Assembly: GCA_025454755.1 (NCBI GenBank)
Contig: JALONV010000001.1
Span: forward strand, 11,950-75,949
Length of the DNA stretch: 64,000 nt
Direction of reading: 5' to 3'
Origin: Bacteroidales bacterium
GTDB taxonomy: Bacteria; Bacteroidota; Bacteroidia; Bacteroidales; VadinHA17
The translations under genes and the position numbers were made by a program. This document shows positions 9,873-20,216 of the stretch, piece by piece; position 1 is the first letter of the stretch; each line of letters begins with the position of its first letter. The notes beneath the pieces were generated by a model. That model was not told the DNA's origin. It saw only the letters and a program-made list of their open reading frames with translations, and searched no databases.

Positions 9873-11084
9873 ATGAGTTTTAAGCTTCTCTCATTAAGCA
9901 CAATGTACACCGGATCTTTAAATCATTTCTACCGTAACAGGTCCGGATTGGAGTCTCTGACTTATGATGAGCATCTGGCATTAATTCTAAGCGAATCGAC
10001 GGAATTTGCCGGATCCTATAACAAATATTTCAGACTGAAAGGAATAGAGGCTGACTGCGTCATTGCAAACGATAAGATCCTTCAGGCAAAGTGGTGCATG
10101 GAGAATGGAATAAAGACCAGGAGTGATGCAGAAATACTTTTAGAACAGGTCAAATACTATAAACCTGAAGTATTGTGGATTGAGAATCTAAGTCTTGTAA
10201 AGGGGTCATGGCTTTCTGAGGCAATGGCTCAGGCTAAAAGTATCAGGCTTGTAATAGGATATCATTGTTCTCCGATATACTCAACGATAAGCGATAGCAT
10301 CGCAGGAATGGATCTTATTATCACCTGTACTCCCGGATTAAAATCACTTTTTGAATCATCCGGTAAGAATGCATTTCTGGTTTATCATGGATTTGATACC
10401 GGCATTTTAGCATCATTGAAACCGGCCGATATTAAGGAAAAAGCAGATCTTGTGTTCTCGGGATCACTCACCACCGGTGATAATTTTCATCAGGACAGGA
10501 TCAGGTTAATTGAGGAAATTCTTAAAAGTGGGATTGACCTGAAATTATATGCAAATCTTGAAAGCATGTCCAGAATCAGGGCCAAGCAGTCTCTGTACCT
10601 TGTTAATTCATTCTTTAATCGAGTTGGCTTGTCAGGATTTGCAGATAAGATAAGAATTCTTGAACATGGCAGGACAAAGATTGAAAGTTATTCCGGCAGA
10701 CTTCTGAGCAAAACATTGCCACCTCTCTTTGGCATAGATATGTACGAGCTGTTACAAAAATCAAAAATTGTACTTAATTATCATATTGGGATTGCAGGCA
10801 ATTATGCAGGCAACATGCGAATGTTCGAAGTTACCGGGATGGGAAGCTGCCTTCTTACAGACAATAAGAATAATATAAATGACCTGTTTTCACCTGGAAA
10901 GGAAGTCGTTGTTTATGATAATTATGAAGATTGTATTGCCAAAATTAAGTGGCTTCTGGAGAATGAGGTTGAAAGACAAGAAATTGCCAGGGCAGGAAGG
11001 GAGAAAACTCTTAAATATCACACTGTTGAAAACAGATGCGGTTCAATAATTGAAATTATTCAAAACCAGCTGAACAAAGTCTGA
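9873..11084 (+). CDS. Glycosyltransferase, CgeB-like (Glyco_trans_1_2-type C-terminal domain)
   Basis: The C-terminal 'NMRMFEVTGMGSCLLTD...LENEVERQEIARAGREKTLKYHT' resembles CgeB/DUF3880-type glycosyltransferases. Confidence 0.5.
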   Translation: MSFKLLSLSTMYTGSLNHFYRNRSGLESLTYDEHLALILSESTEFAGSYNKYFRLKGIEADCVIANDKILQAKWCMENGIKTRSDAEILLEQVKYYKPEVLWIENLSLVKGSWLSEAMAQAKSIRLVIGYHCSPIYSTISDSIAGMDLIITCTPGLKSLFESSGKNAFLVYHGFDTGILASLKPADIKEKADLVFSGSLTTGDNFHQDRIRLIEEILKSGIDLKLYANLESMSRIRAKQSLYLVNSFFNRVGLSGFADKIRILEHGRTKIESYSGRLLSKTLPPLFGIDMYELLQKSKIVLNYHIGIAGNYAGNMRMFEVTGMGSCLLTDNKNNINDLFSPGKEVVVYDNYEDCIAKIKWLLENEVERQEIARAGREKTLKYHTVENRCGSIIEIIQNQLNKV

Positions 11085-11159
11085 TGATTCAGGTAAATCC
11101 CTTTCCTTCTGCTCATGCAGGAATGTCAATAAGCATGATGATTTCGGGCAGAGACTATT

Positions 11160-11981
11160 ATGTTAATAAATTTGTTCACTCTGAAGACTTTTAATTTCCG
11201 GTCCATGCTCCGTAAATTATTGCCTGATTGGATCAGGATGAGGATTACGGGATTTTTTTATGGATGGCATGGAAATTATCCGTCATGGGAAGATGCTAAG
11301 AAAAGGAGCAGAGGTTATGATTCAGAAGAAATCATAAGAAAGGTGTCATCCTCTGCAGCTGCTGTCCGTGACGGACTAAAGCCATATGAAAGAGATTCAG
11401 TACTGTACAGTGAAATTCAATACTCTTTCCAGTTATTGTCAATCCTGATGCTGGTTGCTGCACAGCGAAAAGGGACTCTCAATGTTATGGATTTTGGGGG
11501 AGCACTGGGCAGCACCTACTTCCAGAATAAGAAGTTTCTTGATACACTGCAGGAAGTAAACTGGAGTATTGTAGAACAACCGCGTTTCACGGAAATTGGC
11601 ATAAGAGAATTTTCAACAGACAGACTGCATTTCTTTAATACAGCCGATGATTGTTACAACTCCTTTACACCTGATATTATACTGCTGTCAAGTGTCCTGC
11701 AATATATTGAAGAGCCTTATAAGCTGCTGGATTCGTTGATTTCAAGGAAACCAGAATATATTCTTTTTGACAGGACTCCATTCATTAATGGAAAGGACCG
11801 AATAACAATACAGAAAGTACATCCGGCGATTTACAATGCGACTTATCCCTGCTGGTTCTTCAATAAAAGTAAATTCCTGGATTTTATGAACCGGTCGTAT
11901 AAACTCATTTTTGAATTTGATGCGCTTGATAAGGCAAACATTTCATCTGAGTTTTTGGGATTCCTGTTCAGGATTAAATAA
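11160..11981 (+). CDS. Methyltransferase, TIGR04325-like family
   Basis: 'FFYGWHGNYPSWEDAKK' matches the characteristic N-terminal F.G.Y.SW.EA motif, and 'VMDFGGALGSTY' is a SAM motif I. The start could instead be the internal ATG at 11205. Confidence 0.6.
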   Translation: MLINLFTLKTFNFRSMLRKLLPDWIRMRITGFFYGWHGNYPSWEDAKKRSRGYDSEEIIRKVSSSAAAVRDGLKPYERDSVLYSEIQYSFQLLSILMLVAAQRKGTLNVMDFGGALGSTYFQNKKFLDTLQEVNWSIVEQPRFTEIGIREFSTDRLHFFNTADDCYNSFTPDIILLSSVLQYIEEPYKLLDSLISRKPEYILFDRTPFINGKDRITIQKVHPAIYNATYPCWFFNKSKFLDFMNRSYKLIFEFDALDKANISSEFLGFLFRIK

Positions 11982-12965
11982 ATGGAAAATTTTTGCACAC
12001 TCTTTGACTCGAGCTACTTAAGCAGAGGACTGTTATTGTATGAGTCCCTGAGAAGAAATAGTAAAGATTTTCACATCTACATATTTGCATTTGATGCACT
12101 GACTTACAATATTCTTCAGGATCTTGATCTCCCTGATGCCACTATTGTTTCACTTAAAGAATTTGAGAACGAGAAACTGCTTGGCGTCAAACCTTCACGA
12201 ACAAAGGCTGAGTACTGCTGGACCAGTACATCATCCGCAATAGCCTATGTGATTGATAATTATAAAGTTCCTTTCTGCACATATCTTGACGCAGATCTTT
12301 TCTTTTATGGTTCACCGGGAATATTATTAGGTGAACTTAAAGATGGTAAGAACATTTTGATCACTCAACACAGGTTCTCTGATTTTGCCAGAATATTTGA
12401 ACAGAGAAGGGCAGGTCGTTTTTGCGTTCAATTCATTACATTCGCTAACCAGGGCGATAGCTTAAAAGTGCTTGATAAATGGAAAAACCAGTGTATTGAC
12501 TGGTGCTACGCAAAGTATGAGGACGGTAAATTCGGCGACCAGAAGTATCTCGAAAACTGGCCTGAAGAATACCCTAATGTTCATGTACTTGAACATCCTG
12601 GTGGAGGAATTGCGCCATGGAATGCCCGCCGGTTTCGATTTGTTGCGGAAAATGAAAAAATATATGTACTTATTCCAGGGGCAAAAGAAAAGTTCGAAAT
12701 CGTGTTTTTCCATTTTCATTATGTGAGAATAGGAAAGTCTGGCTTTGCAGATATTGGATGGAACAGGCTTACAAAAAGCATTATTGACCTCTTTTATAAA
12801 CCCTATATTAGAAGAATAATTGAAAAAGAAAAATATCTTGAGGGGAGATTCCCTGAATATAAAAGACCGGTTTTTATCGAAAAACCAATAGAAATAAAAG
12901 AAAAAGTTAAATTTTCCTTTAAGAGGCTGACAGGCTTCAATATCATTAAAATTCCAACTGATTAA
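11982..12965 (+). CDS. Putative nucleotide-sugar glycosyltransferase (GT-A/GT8-like)
   Basis: The N-terminal 'FCTLFDSSYLSRGLLLYESL' and a DxD-like 'YLDADLFF' suggest a GT-A fold. Start codon abuts the upstream stop. Confidence 0.45.
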   Translation: MENFCTLFDSSYLSRGLLLYESLRRNSKDFHIYIFAFDALTYNILQDLDLPDATIVSLKEFENEKLLGVKPSRTKAEYCWTSTSSAIAYVIDNYKVPFCTYLDADLFFYGSPGILLGELKDGKNILITQHRFSDFARIFEQRRAGRFCVQFITFANQGDSLKVLDKWKNQCIDWCYAKYEDGKFGDQKYLENWPEEYPNVHVLEHPGGGIAPWNARRFRFVAENEKIYVLIPGAKEKFEIVFFHFHYVRIGKSGFADIGWNRLTKSIIDLFYKPYIRRIIEKEKYLEGRFPEYKRPVFIEKPIEIKEKVKFSFKRLTGFNIIKIPTD

Positions 12966-12966
12966 T

Positions 12967-13335
12967 ATGGCCCGGTTAATTGATCTTAAGACATTTACTG
13001 ATTCAAGAGGCAACCTCACGGTGATTGAGGACGCTCTTCCATTCACCATTAAAAGGATATTTTATATTTATGGTGTTGATGGATCCCGACGGGGAGGTCA
13101 TCGTCACCATAAAACCATTCAGGCAGCGGTTTGCATAAAAGGCAGGTGCAAGATCAGGAACAATGACGGGACCGTAAAAGAGGTATTTGAATTGCGAAAA
13201 CCTTCCCAGTGTCTTATACTGGAACAACGGGACTGGCATGAAATGTTTGATTTCTCAAAAAATGCCATCCTGATGGTACTTGCATCTGAAAAATTTATGG
13301 AAAGCGACTATATTTTTGATGAATATGATAATTGA
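12967..13335 (+). CDS. Sugar 3,4-ketoisomerase (FdtA / WxcM-like cupin)
   Basis: '[28 protein letters not shown]...[18 protein letters not shown]' matches the FdtA/WxcM C-terminal domain pattern. 122 aa is the typical size. Confidence 0.7.
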   Translation: MARLIDLKTFTDSRGNLTVIEDALPFTIKRIFYIYGVDGSRRGGHRHHKTIQAAVCIKGRCKIRNNDGTVKEVFELRKPSQCLILEQRDWHEMFDFSKNAILMVLASEKFMESDYIFDEYDN

Positions 13336-14410
13336 ATATGAAAATCTTTACAAGGTAAATCAACCTTACCTCGGCAAATTCAAAAAATCATTCGATGAAG
13401 TCCTGAGATCAGGCTGGTTTATACTTGGTGAGAAAGTTAGACAATTTGAAACAGCTTTTGCAGCATATAATAATGTAAAATACTGTTCAGGGGTAGCTTC
13501 AGGGCTGGATGCACTTACATTGTCGCTTACTGCCCTGAATATTGAAAAGGGTTCTGAAGTAATTGTTCCCTCAAATACTTATATAGCCTCCATCTTGTCT
13601 ATTCTACATTCAGGCCACATTCCTGTACTTGTGGAGCCCGACCTGCAAACATATAATATTGATCCACAGAAGATTGAATCAGCAATAACCTCAAGGACAA
13701 AAGCGATAATGGTTGTTCATCTGTATGGAAAACCATGTGAAATGGATCCAATAACCGAAACCTGCAGGAAACATAACCTTTTGCTCATTGAAGATTGTGC
13801 CCAGGCACATGGCGCAGAATATAAGGGCAGGAGGGTAGGTGGTTTCGGTGATCTTGCGGGTTTCAGTTTTTATCCTACAAAGAATCTTGGATGTCTTGGA
13901 GACGGAGGAGCAGTAGTCACAAATGACCAGAACCTTGACGAAAGGGTCAAAAAGTTGCGAAATTACGGCTCATTTAAGAAATACTATAATGAATACCCCG
14001 GGATCAATTCACGGCTTGATGAGATCCAGGCTGCATTTTTGTTGACAAAACTTGAATCGCTCGACAAAATTAACGATCATAAAAGAGAACTGGCAAAGAT
14101 CTATTTATCAAATCTTAAGGAAGATTTTATACTGCCTGTAATTCATATGGATTATTTTGATGTCTACCATATTTTTAATGTGCGGCACAAAAAAAGAGAT
14201 GTACTCAGGGAATACCTGAAAAAGAACAATATTCTTACAGAAATCCATTATCCTGTACCTCCGCATAAACAAAAAGCCCTCTCCTTTCTCTCAGAAGGTA
14301 GTTTTCCGGTATCGGAAGAAATTCACAGTACCACACTTAGCCTGCCTGTATCTGCATTTCATACACCAGACGAGATTTATAAGGTTGTAGAAGTTATGAA
14401 CCGTTTCTAG
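13319..14410 (+). CDS. DegT/DnrJ/EryC1/StrS family aminotransferase (FdtB-like)
   Basis: 'EDCAQAHGA', '[10 protein letters not shown]' (PLP lysine region) and '[12 protein letters not shown]' are family signatures. The track ORF starts at a TTG at 13280; ATGs at 13319 and 13325 overlap the fdtA-like stop and are more likely. Confidence 0.8.
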   Translation: MNMIIEYENLYKVNQPYLGKFKKSFDEVLRSGWFILGEKVRQFETAFAAYNNVKYCSGVASGLDALTLSLTALNIEKGSEVIVPSNTYIASILSILHSGHIPVLVEPDLQTYNIDPQKIESAITSRTKAIMVVHLYGKPCEMDPITETCRKHNLLLIEDCAQAHGAEYKGRRVGGFGDLAGFSFYPTKNLGCLGDGGAVVTNDQNLDERVKKLRNYGSFKKYYNEYPGINSRLDEIQAAFLLTKLESLDKINDHKRELAKIYLSNLKEDFILPVIHMDYFDVYHIFNVRHKKRDVLREYLKKNNILTEIHYPVPPHKQKALSFLSEGSFPVSEEIHSTTLSLPVSAFHTPDEIYKVVEVMNRF

Positions 14411-15618
14411 TGGAAAAGAAATTCCTTCTGATTTCCCAGGTTTTCTATCCTGATGAAGTTTCGACAGCAAGTCTCTTTACTGGGTTGTGCACTTCTCTTG
14501 TGAAACAAGGCGTTCCCGTAGAAGTATGGGCCGGACAACCGAGCTATACCAAATTGACACGCCAGCCCGGGATTGTTAATCACAACGGCATGACAATCCG
14601 CTACCTCGCCTCTACAAACTTTCACAAAAGCTCATTACCCGGGCGTTTCCTGAATATACTTTCTTTTACATTCAGTGTTTGTTTAAAATTATTGTTTGAA
14701 CGGGAAAAAACACCTGTATGGGCACATACCACTCCTCCTTTTACAGGGATATTTGCATCAGCAGTATGCCATTTAAGAAACAGGAAATTCATCTATATTC
14801 TTCTGGATATATTCCCGGAAGGATTAGTCCGTCTTGGGAAATTATCCGGAAGAAATCCTTTTGTGAAATTATGGGAATGGATGTTCATTAAGGCTCTGGA
14901 CGGAAGCGAAAAAATCATTGCAATCGGAAGAGATATTAAAGAGCTGGTTGGAGAGAAAAACAGGGCACTAACCGATAAAACAGAATATATTCCTCACTGG
15001 CATGATGATGATGCCATTTTTCCGATAGAAGTCGAAAAAAATCACCTCATATCAGAATTTGGACTAAATGATAAGTTCCTGGTTCAATACTCAGGTAATA
15101 TGGGTTTATGGAATGAAATGAAGACAATTGGCATGGCAGTGAACAAGACGAGAGACGACGTCGTATTTATTTTCGTGGGAGGTGGAATGAGAAAACCGGA
15201 ACTTATCAATGAATTTTCAGTTCAGAATCCGGCAAATGTCATTATGCTGCCATTTCAGGAAGACAGAAAATTCAATGAGTCTTTAAATGCTTCACATGTA
15301 CATCTGGTGACATTGAAGGATAATCTTGAAGGAATTGCCGTTCCATGCAAGATTTATGGAATTCTTGCTGCGGGGAAACCTGTTATTGGTATGGTGCCGG
15401 AAAATTCAGAAATCGGGCTTGTCATAAAAGAAGAAAAGTGTGGCATTCTTCTGCATCCGGATGATCTGCAGGGATTATTGAACGCAATAACCTTTCTGAA
15501 AGAGAATGACGGAGCAAGGCATGAGATGGGTATAAACAGTCGTCGTGCTTTTGAAAGAAAATATAAAGTAGGGCTAATTTCAGAAAGATATAAAACGCTT
15601 CTCGATACTATTTATTAG
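14410..15618 (+). CDS. Glycosyltransferase family 4 (WcaI-like GT-B)
   Basis: 'LLISQVFYPDEVSTASLFT' N-terminus, typical of WcaI-like GT4 enzymes, and a C-terminal GT-B domain. GTG start overlaps the upstream stop by 1 nt. Confidence 0.65.
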   Translation: MEKKFLLISQVFYPDEVSTASLFTGLCTSLVKQGVPVEVWAGQPSYTKLTRQPGIVNHNGMTIRYLASTNFHKSSLPGRFLNILSFTFSVCLKLLFEREKTPVWAHTTPPFTGIFASAVCHLRNRKFIYILLDIFPEGLVRLGKLSGRNPFVKLWEWMFIKALDGSEKIIAIGRDIKELVGEKNRALTDKTEYIPHWHDDDAIFPIEVEKNHLISEFGLNDKFLVQYSGNMGLWNEMKTIGMAVNKTRDDVVFIFVGGGMRKPELINEFSVQNPANVIMLPFQEDRKFNESLNASHVHLVTLKDNLEGIAVPCKIYGILAAGKPVIGMVPENSEIGLVIKEEKCGILLHPDDLQGLLNAITFLKENDGARHEMGINSRRAFERKYKVGLISERYKTLLDTIY

Positions 15619-15674
15619 ATCAATTTATCCTGATATACAGTATCTTACAGAATATTCTTTTTTAGAAGTTAAAT

Positions 15675-16691
15675 ATGGAAAGATTGAAATTTGCGATTGT
15701 CGGTTGCGGGAAAATAGCTGATCGTCACGCTGAACAAATAAGCGATCTGGCTCAGCTTAAAGCAGTTTGTGACATTGTGGAAGCAAGAGCTGTTAATCTT
15801 GGAAAAAAGTATGGTACGAAGCCATACACTGATTATGACAAGATGCTCTCTGAGGAAAAAGACATTGATGTGATATCAGTATGCTCACCAAATGGATTGC
15901 ATGCTAAGCATTCTGTAAAAGCATTCCGGAAGGGGTTCCACGTTGTATGCGAAAAACCAATGGCAATAAGTGTTTTTGACTGCGGAGAAATGATCAAGGA
16001 GGCTGAAAAAGCCAATAGAAGGCTTTTTGTAGTTAAACAAAACAGATATAATCCGCCTGTGGTTGCATTGAAGCAGGCTCTTGAGGATAACAGGCTGGGA
16101 AAAATATTAAGTGTACAGCTGAACTGTTTCTGGAACAGGAATCCGGAATATTATTCTCAATCTGACTGGAAAGGGACTCTTAAACTTGACGGAGGAACAC
16201 TTTTTACCCAGTTCAGCCATTTTATTGACTTGCTCTACTGGATGTTAGGCGATGTAAAGCATTGTCATGCTTATACAAGGAACTTAAATCACAAGGATCA
16301 GATTGAATTTGAAGACTGCGGTGTTGTGATCCTGGAATTCTTTAATGGAGTTATCGGTACAATTAATTTTACAATTAACAGTTTCAATAAAAATATGGAA
16401 GGCTCGCTTACTGTATTTGGAGAATCGGGAACTGTCAAGATAGGAGGACAGTATCTTAATGAGCTTGAATATCAGAACATAAAGGATTATAGGATAAGTG
16501 ATCTGCCACCCGGTAATCCTCCTAACAATTACGGTCAGTATACAGGTTCTATGTCAAATCATAACATGGTTTACAGGAATGTCATCGATGTTCTTAAAAA
16601 CAATGGAATTATTGGCACTAATGGTTTTGAAGGTCTGAAGACCGTTGAGATTATCGATAAAATATATTCAGCATCCAGATCAATATTATAG
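15675..16691 (+). CDS. Gfo/Idh/MocA oxidoreductase (WbpB-like sugar 3-dehydrogenase candidate)
   Basis: 'FAIVGCGKIADRHA' Rossmann motif and 'VVCEKP'. Its pairing with a downstream DegT aminotransferase mirrors WbpB/WbpE. Confidence 0.7.
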   Translation: MERLKFAIVGCGKIADRHAEQISDLAQLKAVCDIVEARAVNLGKKYGTKPYTDYDKMLSEEKDIDVISVCSPNGLHAKHSVKAFRKGFHVVCEKPMAISVFDCGEMIKEAEKANRRLFVVKQNRYNPPVVALKQALEDNRLGKILSVQLNCFWNRNPEYYSQSDWKGTLKLDGGTLFTQFSHFIDLLYWMLGDVKHCHAYTRNLNHKDQIEFEDCGVVILEFFNGVIGTINFTINSFNKNMEGSLTVFGESGTVKIGGQYLNELEYQNIKDYRISDLPPGNPPNNYGQYTGSMSNHNMVYRNVIDVLKNNGIIGTNGFEGLKTVEIIDKIYSASRSIL

Positions 16692-16718
16692 ATTCCTAAA
16701 GGCCTAAGAAAATTAATT

Positions 16719-17819
16719 ATGATACCTCTGGTTGATTTGCATGCTCAGTATCTGGGCATAAAGAATGAGATTGATAAAGCTGTGCAGGATTGTATCAGTC
16801 AGTCACATTTCATTAAAGGAGAAGCAGTGTCACGCTTTGAAAATGCTTTTGCGGAATATGTGGGTTCGAAGCATTGCGTTGGTTGCGGAAATGGTACTGA
16901 TGCCCTTGAGATCATCCTTAAGTCGTTAGGAATAGGTCCCGGAGATGAAGTCATTGTTCCGGCTTTGTCATGGATATCAACTGCAGAGTCGGTAAATAAT
17001 GTCGGAGCAGAACCTGTTTTTGCTGATGTGAAATTGAATACATACACAATCGATCCGGAGAAGCTGGAAAAATTAATTTCAAGGAGAACCAAAGCTATAA
17101 TTCCTGTGCATTTATACGGTCTGCCGGCAGAGATGGATGAGATTATGTCGTTTTCAGCTAAACATAAGTTATTTGTCGTGGAGGACTGTGCTCAGGCACA
17201 TGGTGCTGTTTATAAAGGTAAAAAGATTGGGACGTTCGGCATTGCTTCAGCTTTTAGTTTTTTTCCCACAAAAAACCTTGGGGCTTACGGTGATGCGGGA
17301 GCAATAATTACTGATGATATCGATATTAGTCAGAAAGCCAGGAAGATAGCGAATCATGGTCAGCTATTGACCAAACATATTCATGATTTAACCGGCAGGA
17401 ACAGCAGGCTTGATACCATTCAGGCTGCAGTGCTTGAGGTAAAATTGAAGCACCTGGATAAATGGAATGGTGATCGTATAAGGCTCGCAAAGCAATATAT
17501 GCTTAGATTAAAAGAACTGGATAATTATTCATTACCTTTTATTCCATCTGAGAGAACCCATGTTTTTCACCTCTTCGCAGTCCGTTTGGAAAGGAGAGAG
17601 GATCTGATTTCGGTTTTTAATAAAAACGGAATTGGGTGGTCTGTACATTATCCCACACCATTGCCGCATTTAGGTGCATATAAGTACAAGAATCATAATT
17701 ATGGGGATTTTCCGGTTGCAGAAAAGATATGCAAAGAAATTATTTCGCTGCCACTTTTCCCTGAACTTACAGAAGATCAGCTTAATATTATTTGCGATAC
17801 AATAATAGAGAACAATTGA
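16719..17819 (+). CDS. DegT/DnrJ/EryC1/StrS family aminotransferase (WbpE-like)
   Basis: 'EDCAQAHGA', 'FSFFPTKNLGAYGDAG' and 'GRNSRLDTIQAA' signatures. Confidence 0.8.
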   Translation: MIPLVDLHAQYLGIKNEIDKAVQDCISQSHFIKGEAVSRFENAFAEYVGSKHCVGCGNGTDALEIILKSLGIGPGDEVIVPALSWISTAESVNNVGAEPVFADVKLNTYTIDPEKLEKLISRRTKAIIPVHLYGLPAEMDEIMSFSAKHKLFVVEDCAQAHGAVYKGKKIGTFGIASAFSFFPTKNLGAYGDAGAIITDDIDISQKARKIANHGQLLTKHIHDLTGRNSRLDTIQAAVLEVKLKHLDKWNGDRIRLAKQYMLRLKELDNYSLPFIPSERTHVFHLFAVRLERREDLISVFNKNGIGWSVHYPTPLPHLGAYKYKNHNYGDFPVAEKICKEIISLPLFPELTEDQLNIICDTIIENN

Positions 17820-19102
17820 TGGCGAATAAAATTTCCTATTGGCTGGAAATAGCCCGAATAAAGGGCCTCTCATATATAATTTTACTATTGGTAATGGCAG
17901 TTATGCCTTTGAACAACCGTTATCTGCCCCCAGTAATGATATTGTTATTTTTAAGCTGGCTGAATGATAACTATAAAGCTTTTAATGTGCTATTTAAGTC
18001 AAAGGGAAACGGAAGAACTCTGTTTTTACTTTTCCTGGCTCTGTTTATCTGGCAGGCTATAGGGCTTTTCTACTCTGAAAATACCAGCATGGCATGGAGA
18101 AATTTATCCAGCCGCCTGGCTTTTCTCATGTTCCCGCTAATTTTGTTTAACCCGGCAACGAAGATAAAATCGGGGATGAATAATCTTTTAAGGGTATTTT
18201 CAGTTGCTGCATCAGCCTATCTTATTTCCTGCTTTGTTTTTGCCCTGTACCGGTCAGTTAACTTCCAGGATGGCGCACTGCTTTTCAATTCACATCCTCC
18301 GGAAGCTGACTGGGATAATTATTTCTATAGCGATCTTCTTACATATTCAGTGCATCCCTCTTATATGGCGATGTACACAATCCTTGGATTTTTTATTTCA
18401 CTTGAATCAGCTAAAGACAAATTGTTAAAGAAATCGGCAAGGATTATATGGCTTATTTCAGGTTTATTTCTTCTCGTTTCGCTCTATTTTATTTCATCAA
18501 GGGCTGCTTTGCTGGCAATGATAATAATTGTACCATTTTACATAATCTACAATCTGATAATCTTTAAACGCTCAAAATATATCGGGATAAGTCTTATCGT
18601 GCTGATTCTTGTATCGGTTCCATTAATCCTGAAGAATGAACGATATAAAAGTTTCATTGACTTCTTTAAAAGGGATAAAAATTCTGAGCTGCAGTTTAAG
18701 GATGACAGGATCATAATATGGAATTCGGCTTTCAAGGTGGTACAGGATAATATTATTTTTGGAGCAGGCATCGGTGATGTCAGAGACGAACTTGTGAAAG
18801 TATATGACCAGATTGCAGCAGAAAGATTGAGCACCAACAGGACCAATGCCCATAATCAGTTTCTTGAGGTTTTACTTGAAAGTGGAATAATCGGATTACT
18901 ATTCTTTCTGGCAATAATCAGCTTTATGATATATATAGCAATAACAGGGAAGAACCTGGTCTACGGATTCTTTATTATCACGATGCTTGTCTTCTTTATG
19001 TTTGAATCTGCCCTGTACAGGTTTGCAGGGGTCTCTTTCTTTTCCCTGTTCTCATTCTTACTTATTTATGACAAGAATATAAAAGGACTTATGAAAGAAT
19101 AA
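17819..19102 (+). CDS. O-antigen ligase/polymerase (Wzy/WaaL) family membrane protein
   Basis: Polytopic protein with 'SSRAALLAMIII', 'FGAGIGD' and 'NAHNQFLEVLLESGIIGLLFF' (Wzy_C signature). The ATG at 17819 overlaps the upstream TGA by 1 nt; the track ORF starts at 17792. Confidence 0.65.
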   Translation: MANKISYWLEIARIKGLSYIILLLVMAVMPLNNRYLPPVMILLFLSWLNDNYKAFNVLFKSKGNGRTLFLLFLALFIWQAIGLFYSENTSMAWRNLSSRLAFLMFPLILFNPATKIKSGMNNLLRVFSVAASAYLISCFVFALYRSVNFQDGALLFNSHPPEADWDNYFYSDLLTYSVHPSYMAMYTILGFFISLESAKDKLLKKSARIIWLISGLFLLVSLYFISSRAALLAMIIIVPFYIIYNLIIFKRSKYIGISLIVLILVSVPLILKNERYKSFIDFFKRDKNSELQFKDDRIIIWNSAFKVVQDNIIFGAGIGDVRDELVKVYDQIAAERLSTNRTNAHNQFLEVLLESGIIGLLFFLAIISFMIYIAITGKNLVYGFFIITMLVFFMFESALYRFAGVSFFSLFSFLLIYDKNIKGLMKE

Positions 19103-19128
19103 GATTGATATTGAATTGCCGTATAATC

Positions 19129-19152
19129 AAAGGGAGCTTATGGGCTCCCTTT
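19129..19152. terminator. Bidirectional intrinsic-terminator-like hairpin between convergent genes
   Basis: 'AAAGGGAGC' (19129-19137) pairs with 'GCTCCCTTT' (19144-19152) and is followed by 'TGTTTT'. It lies between the stop at 19102 (+) and the stop at 19158 (-). Confidence 0.6.
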
Positions 19153-19157
19153 TGTTT

Positions 19158-20144
19158 TCAATATTTTATAAAGATTTCTTTCAGCCTTTTCCTGTTATGG
19201 ATAAATAGAAGAATCAGAAATGTAATACCCAAAAATATCGGGATCACCTTTTTAATATAAAAAAGGGTTCCGTTTTTCCTCCTCCCCGGAATTGAGAAGT
19301 CGCTTAGTACCGTTACAATGTCTTTGTACAGCATGCCACTGGCTTCAAGCGATTGTTTCCTTTCAAGCAGATCATATATATCTTCGTATATAAGTTGTGT
19401 TTTTTGTTCCTGAAGGAATACCATTTGTCCGTTGCCTGGCTGGTTCATCCTCTGTGTTTCTTCAAAGTATTTAATCTTCTGAAGACTGTCGAGCTGGGAG
19501 ATGTCAAATTCCAGTCTCGAAATTAACTCTTTGTTTTGTTTCAGCCTTACCCTGTTGCGCTGTTGGAAAAGTGAGTCTGAGATAATAAACTGAATTATAC
19601 CTTTCTTGATCAGATGCAATTCCTGTGGATTCTTAACCTTGACTCCAATATTCATCCTGTCCAGCATTCGAACATTAATGGTATCATGGACATCATGTTT
19701 ATTCATATAATCAACATTATCAGCAATGCCGTCTGCTCCACGATCAATAATCCAGTATACGCTTATATCAATTATGTTCCTTGCCTGAGCCTCATTTATG
19801 GATAAGGACTCCATTAATGCACTTAGATTTTTGTCCCTGCAAAAATAATACAGCCGGGTGACATGCGCAATATAATCTGAGGCTGGAGGAGTGTTTGTCC
19901 TGAGAACCATTTCAGAAATAAAAATTGGAGCAGATGTACTTCTAAGCAGATATGAAGCACCTCCTCCAAGAACAATGCTTACTAAAAGAGGAAGCCAGTT
20001 CCTCAGAATAAAAACAATCGAAATCAGTAACCATCTTCCGAGAAAGATGAACATCTTTCCCAGGCTGTTTCCCATCCTTTTAAAAATGTCAAGAAGATCT
20101 ATCTCATCATCCCTGACGTTTTTTGAATTTGTAGTTTCCGACAT
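19158..20144 (-). CDS. Wzz-like (polysaccharide co-polymerase / chain-length determinant-like) membrane protein
   Basis: The topology is an N-terminal TM region, a soluble segment of about 230 aa with coiled-coil-like sequence, and a C-terminal TM helix ('VIPIFLGITFLILLFI'). It lies adjacent to the polysaccharide locus. The assignment rests on architecture only. Confidence 0.4.
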   Translation of the reverse strand: MSETTNSKNVRDDEIDLLDIFKRMGNSLGKMFIFLGRWLLISIVFILRNWLPLLVSIVLGGGASYLLRSTSAPIFISEMVLRTNTPPASDYIAHVTRLYYFCRDKNLSALMESLSINEAQARNIIDISVYWIIDRGADGIADNVDYMNKHDVHDTINVRMLDRMNIGVKVKNPQELHLIKKGIIQFIISDSLFQQRNRVRLKQNKELISRLEFDISQLDSLQKIKYFEETQRMNQPGNGQMVFLQEQKTQLIYEDIYDLLERKQSLEASGMLYKDIVTVLSDFSIPGRRKNGTLFYIKKVIPIFLGITFLILLFIHNRKRLKEIFIKY

Positions 20145-20216
20145 TTAAATTGTTTTTACAGGTTAGTGATACAAATATACCCAAATTACTAAATCATTCA
20201 AATCTTAAGATAGAAC

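Noticed and set aside
12462-13049. Minus-strand 195-aa ORF (and the nested plus-strand 84-aa ORF 12472..12726).
   Set aside because: It is antisense to or out of frame with the glycosyltransferase and FdtA-like genes, which carry recognisable motifs. The composition is Phe/Ile/Asn/Lys-rich, typical of AT-rich antisense frames.
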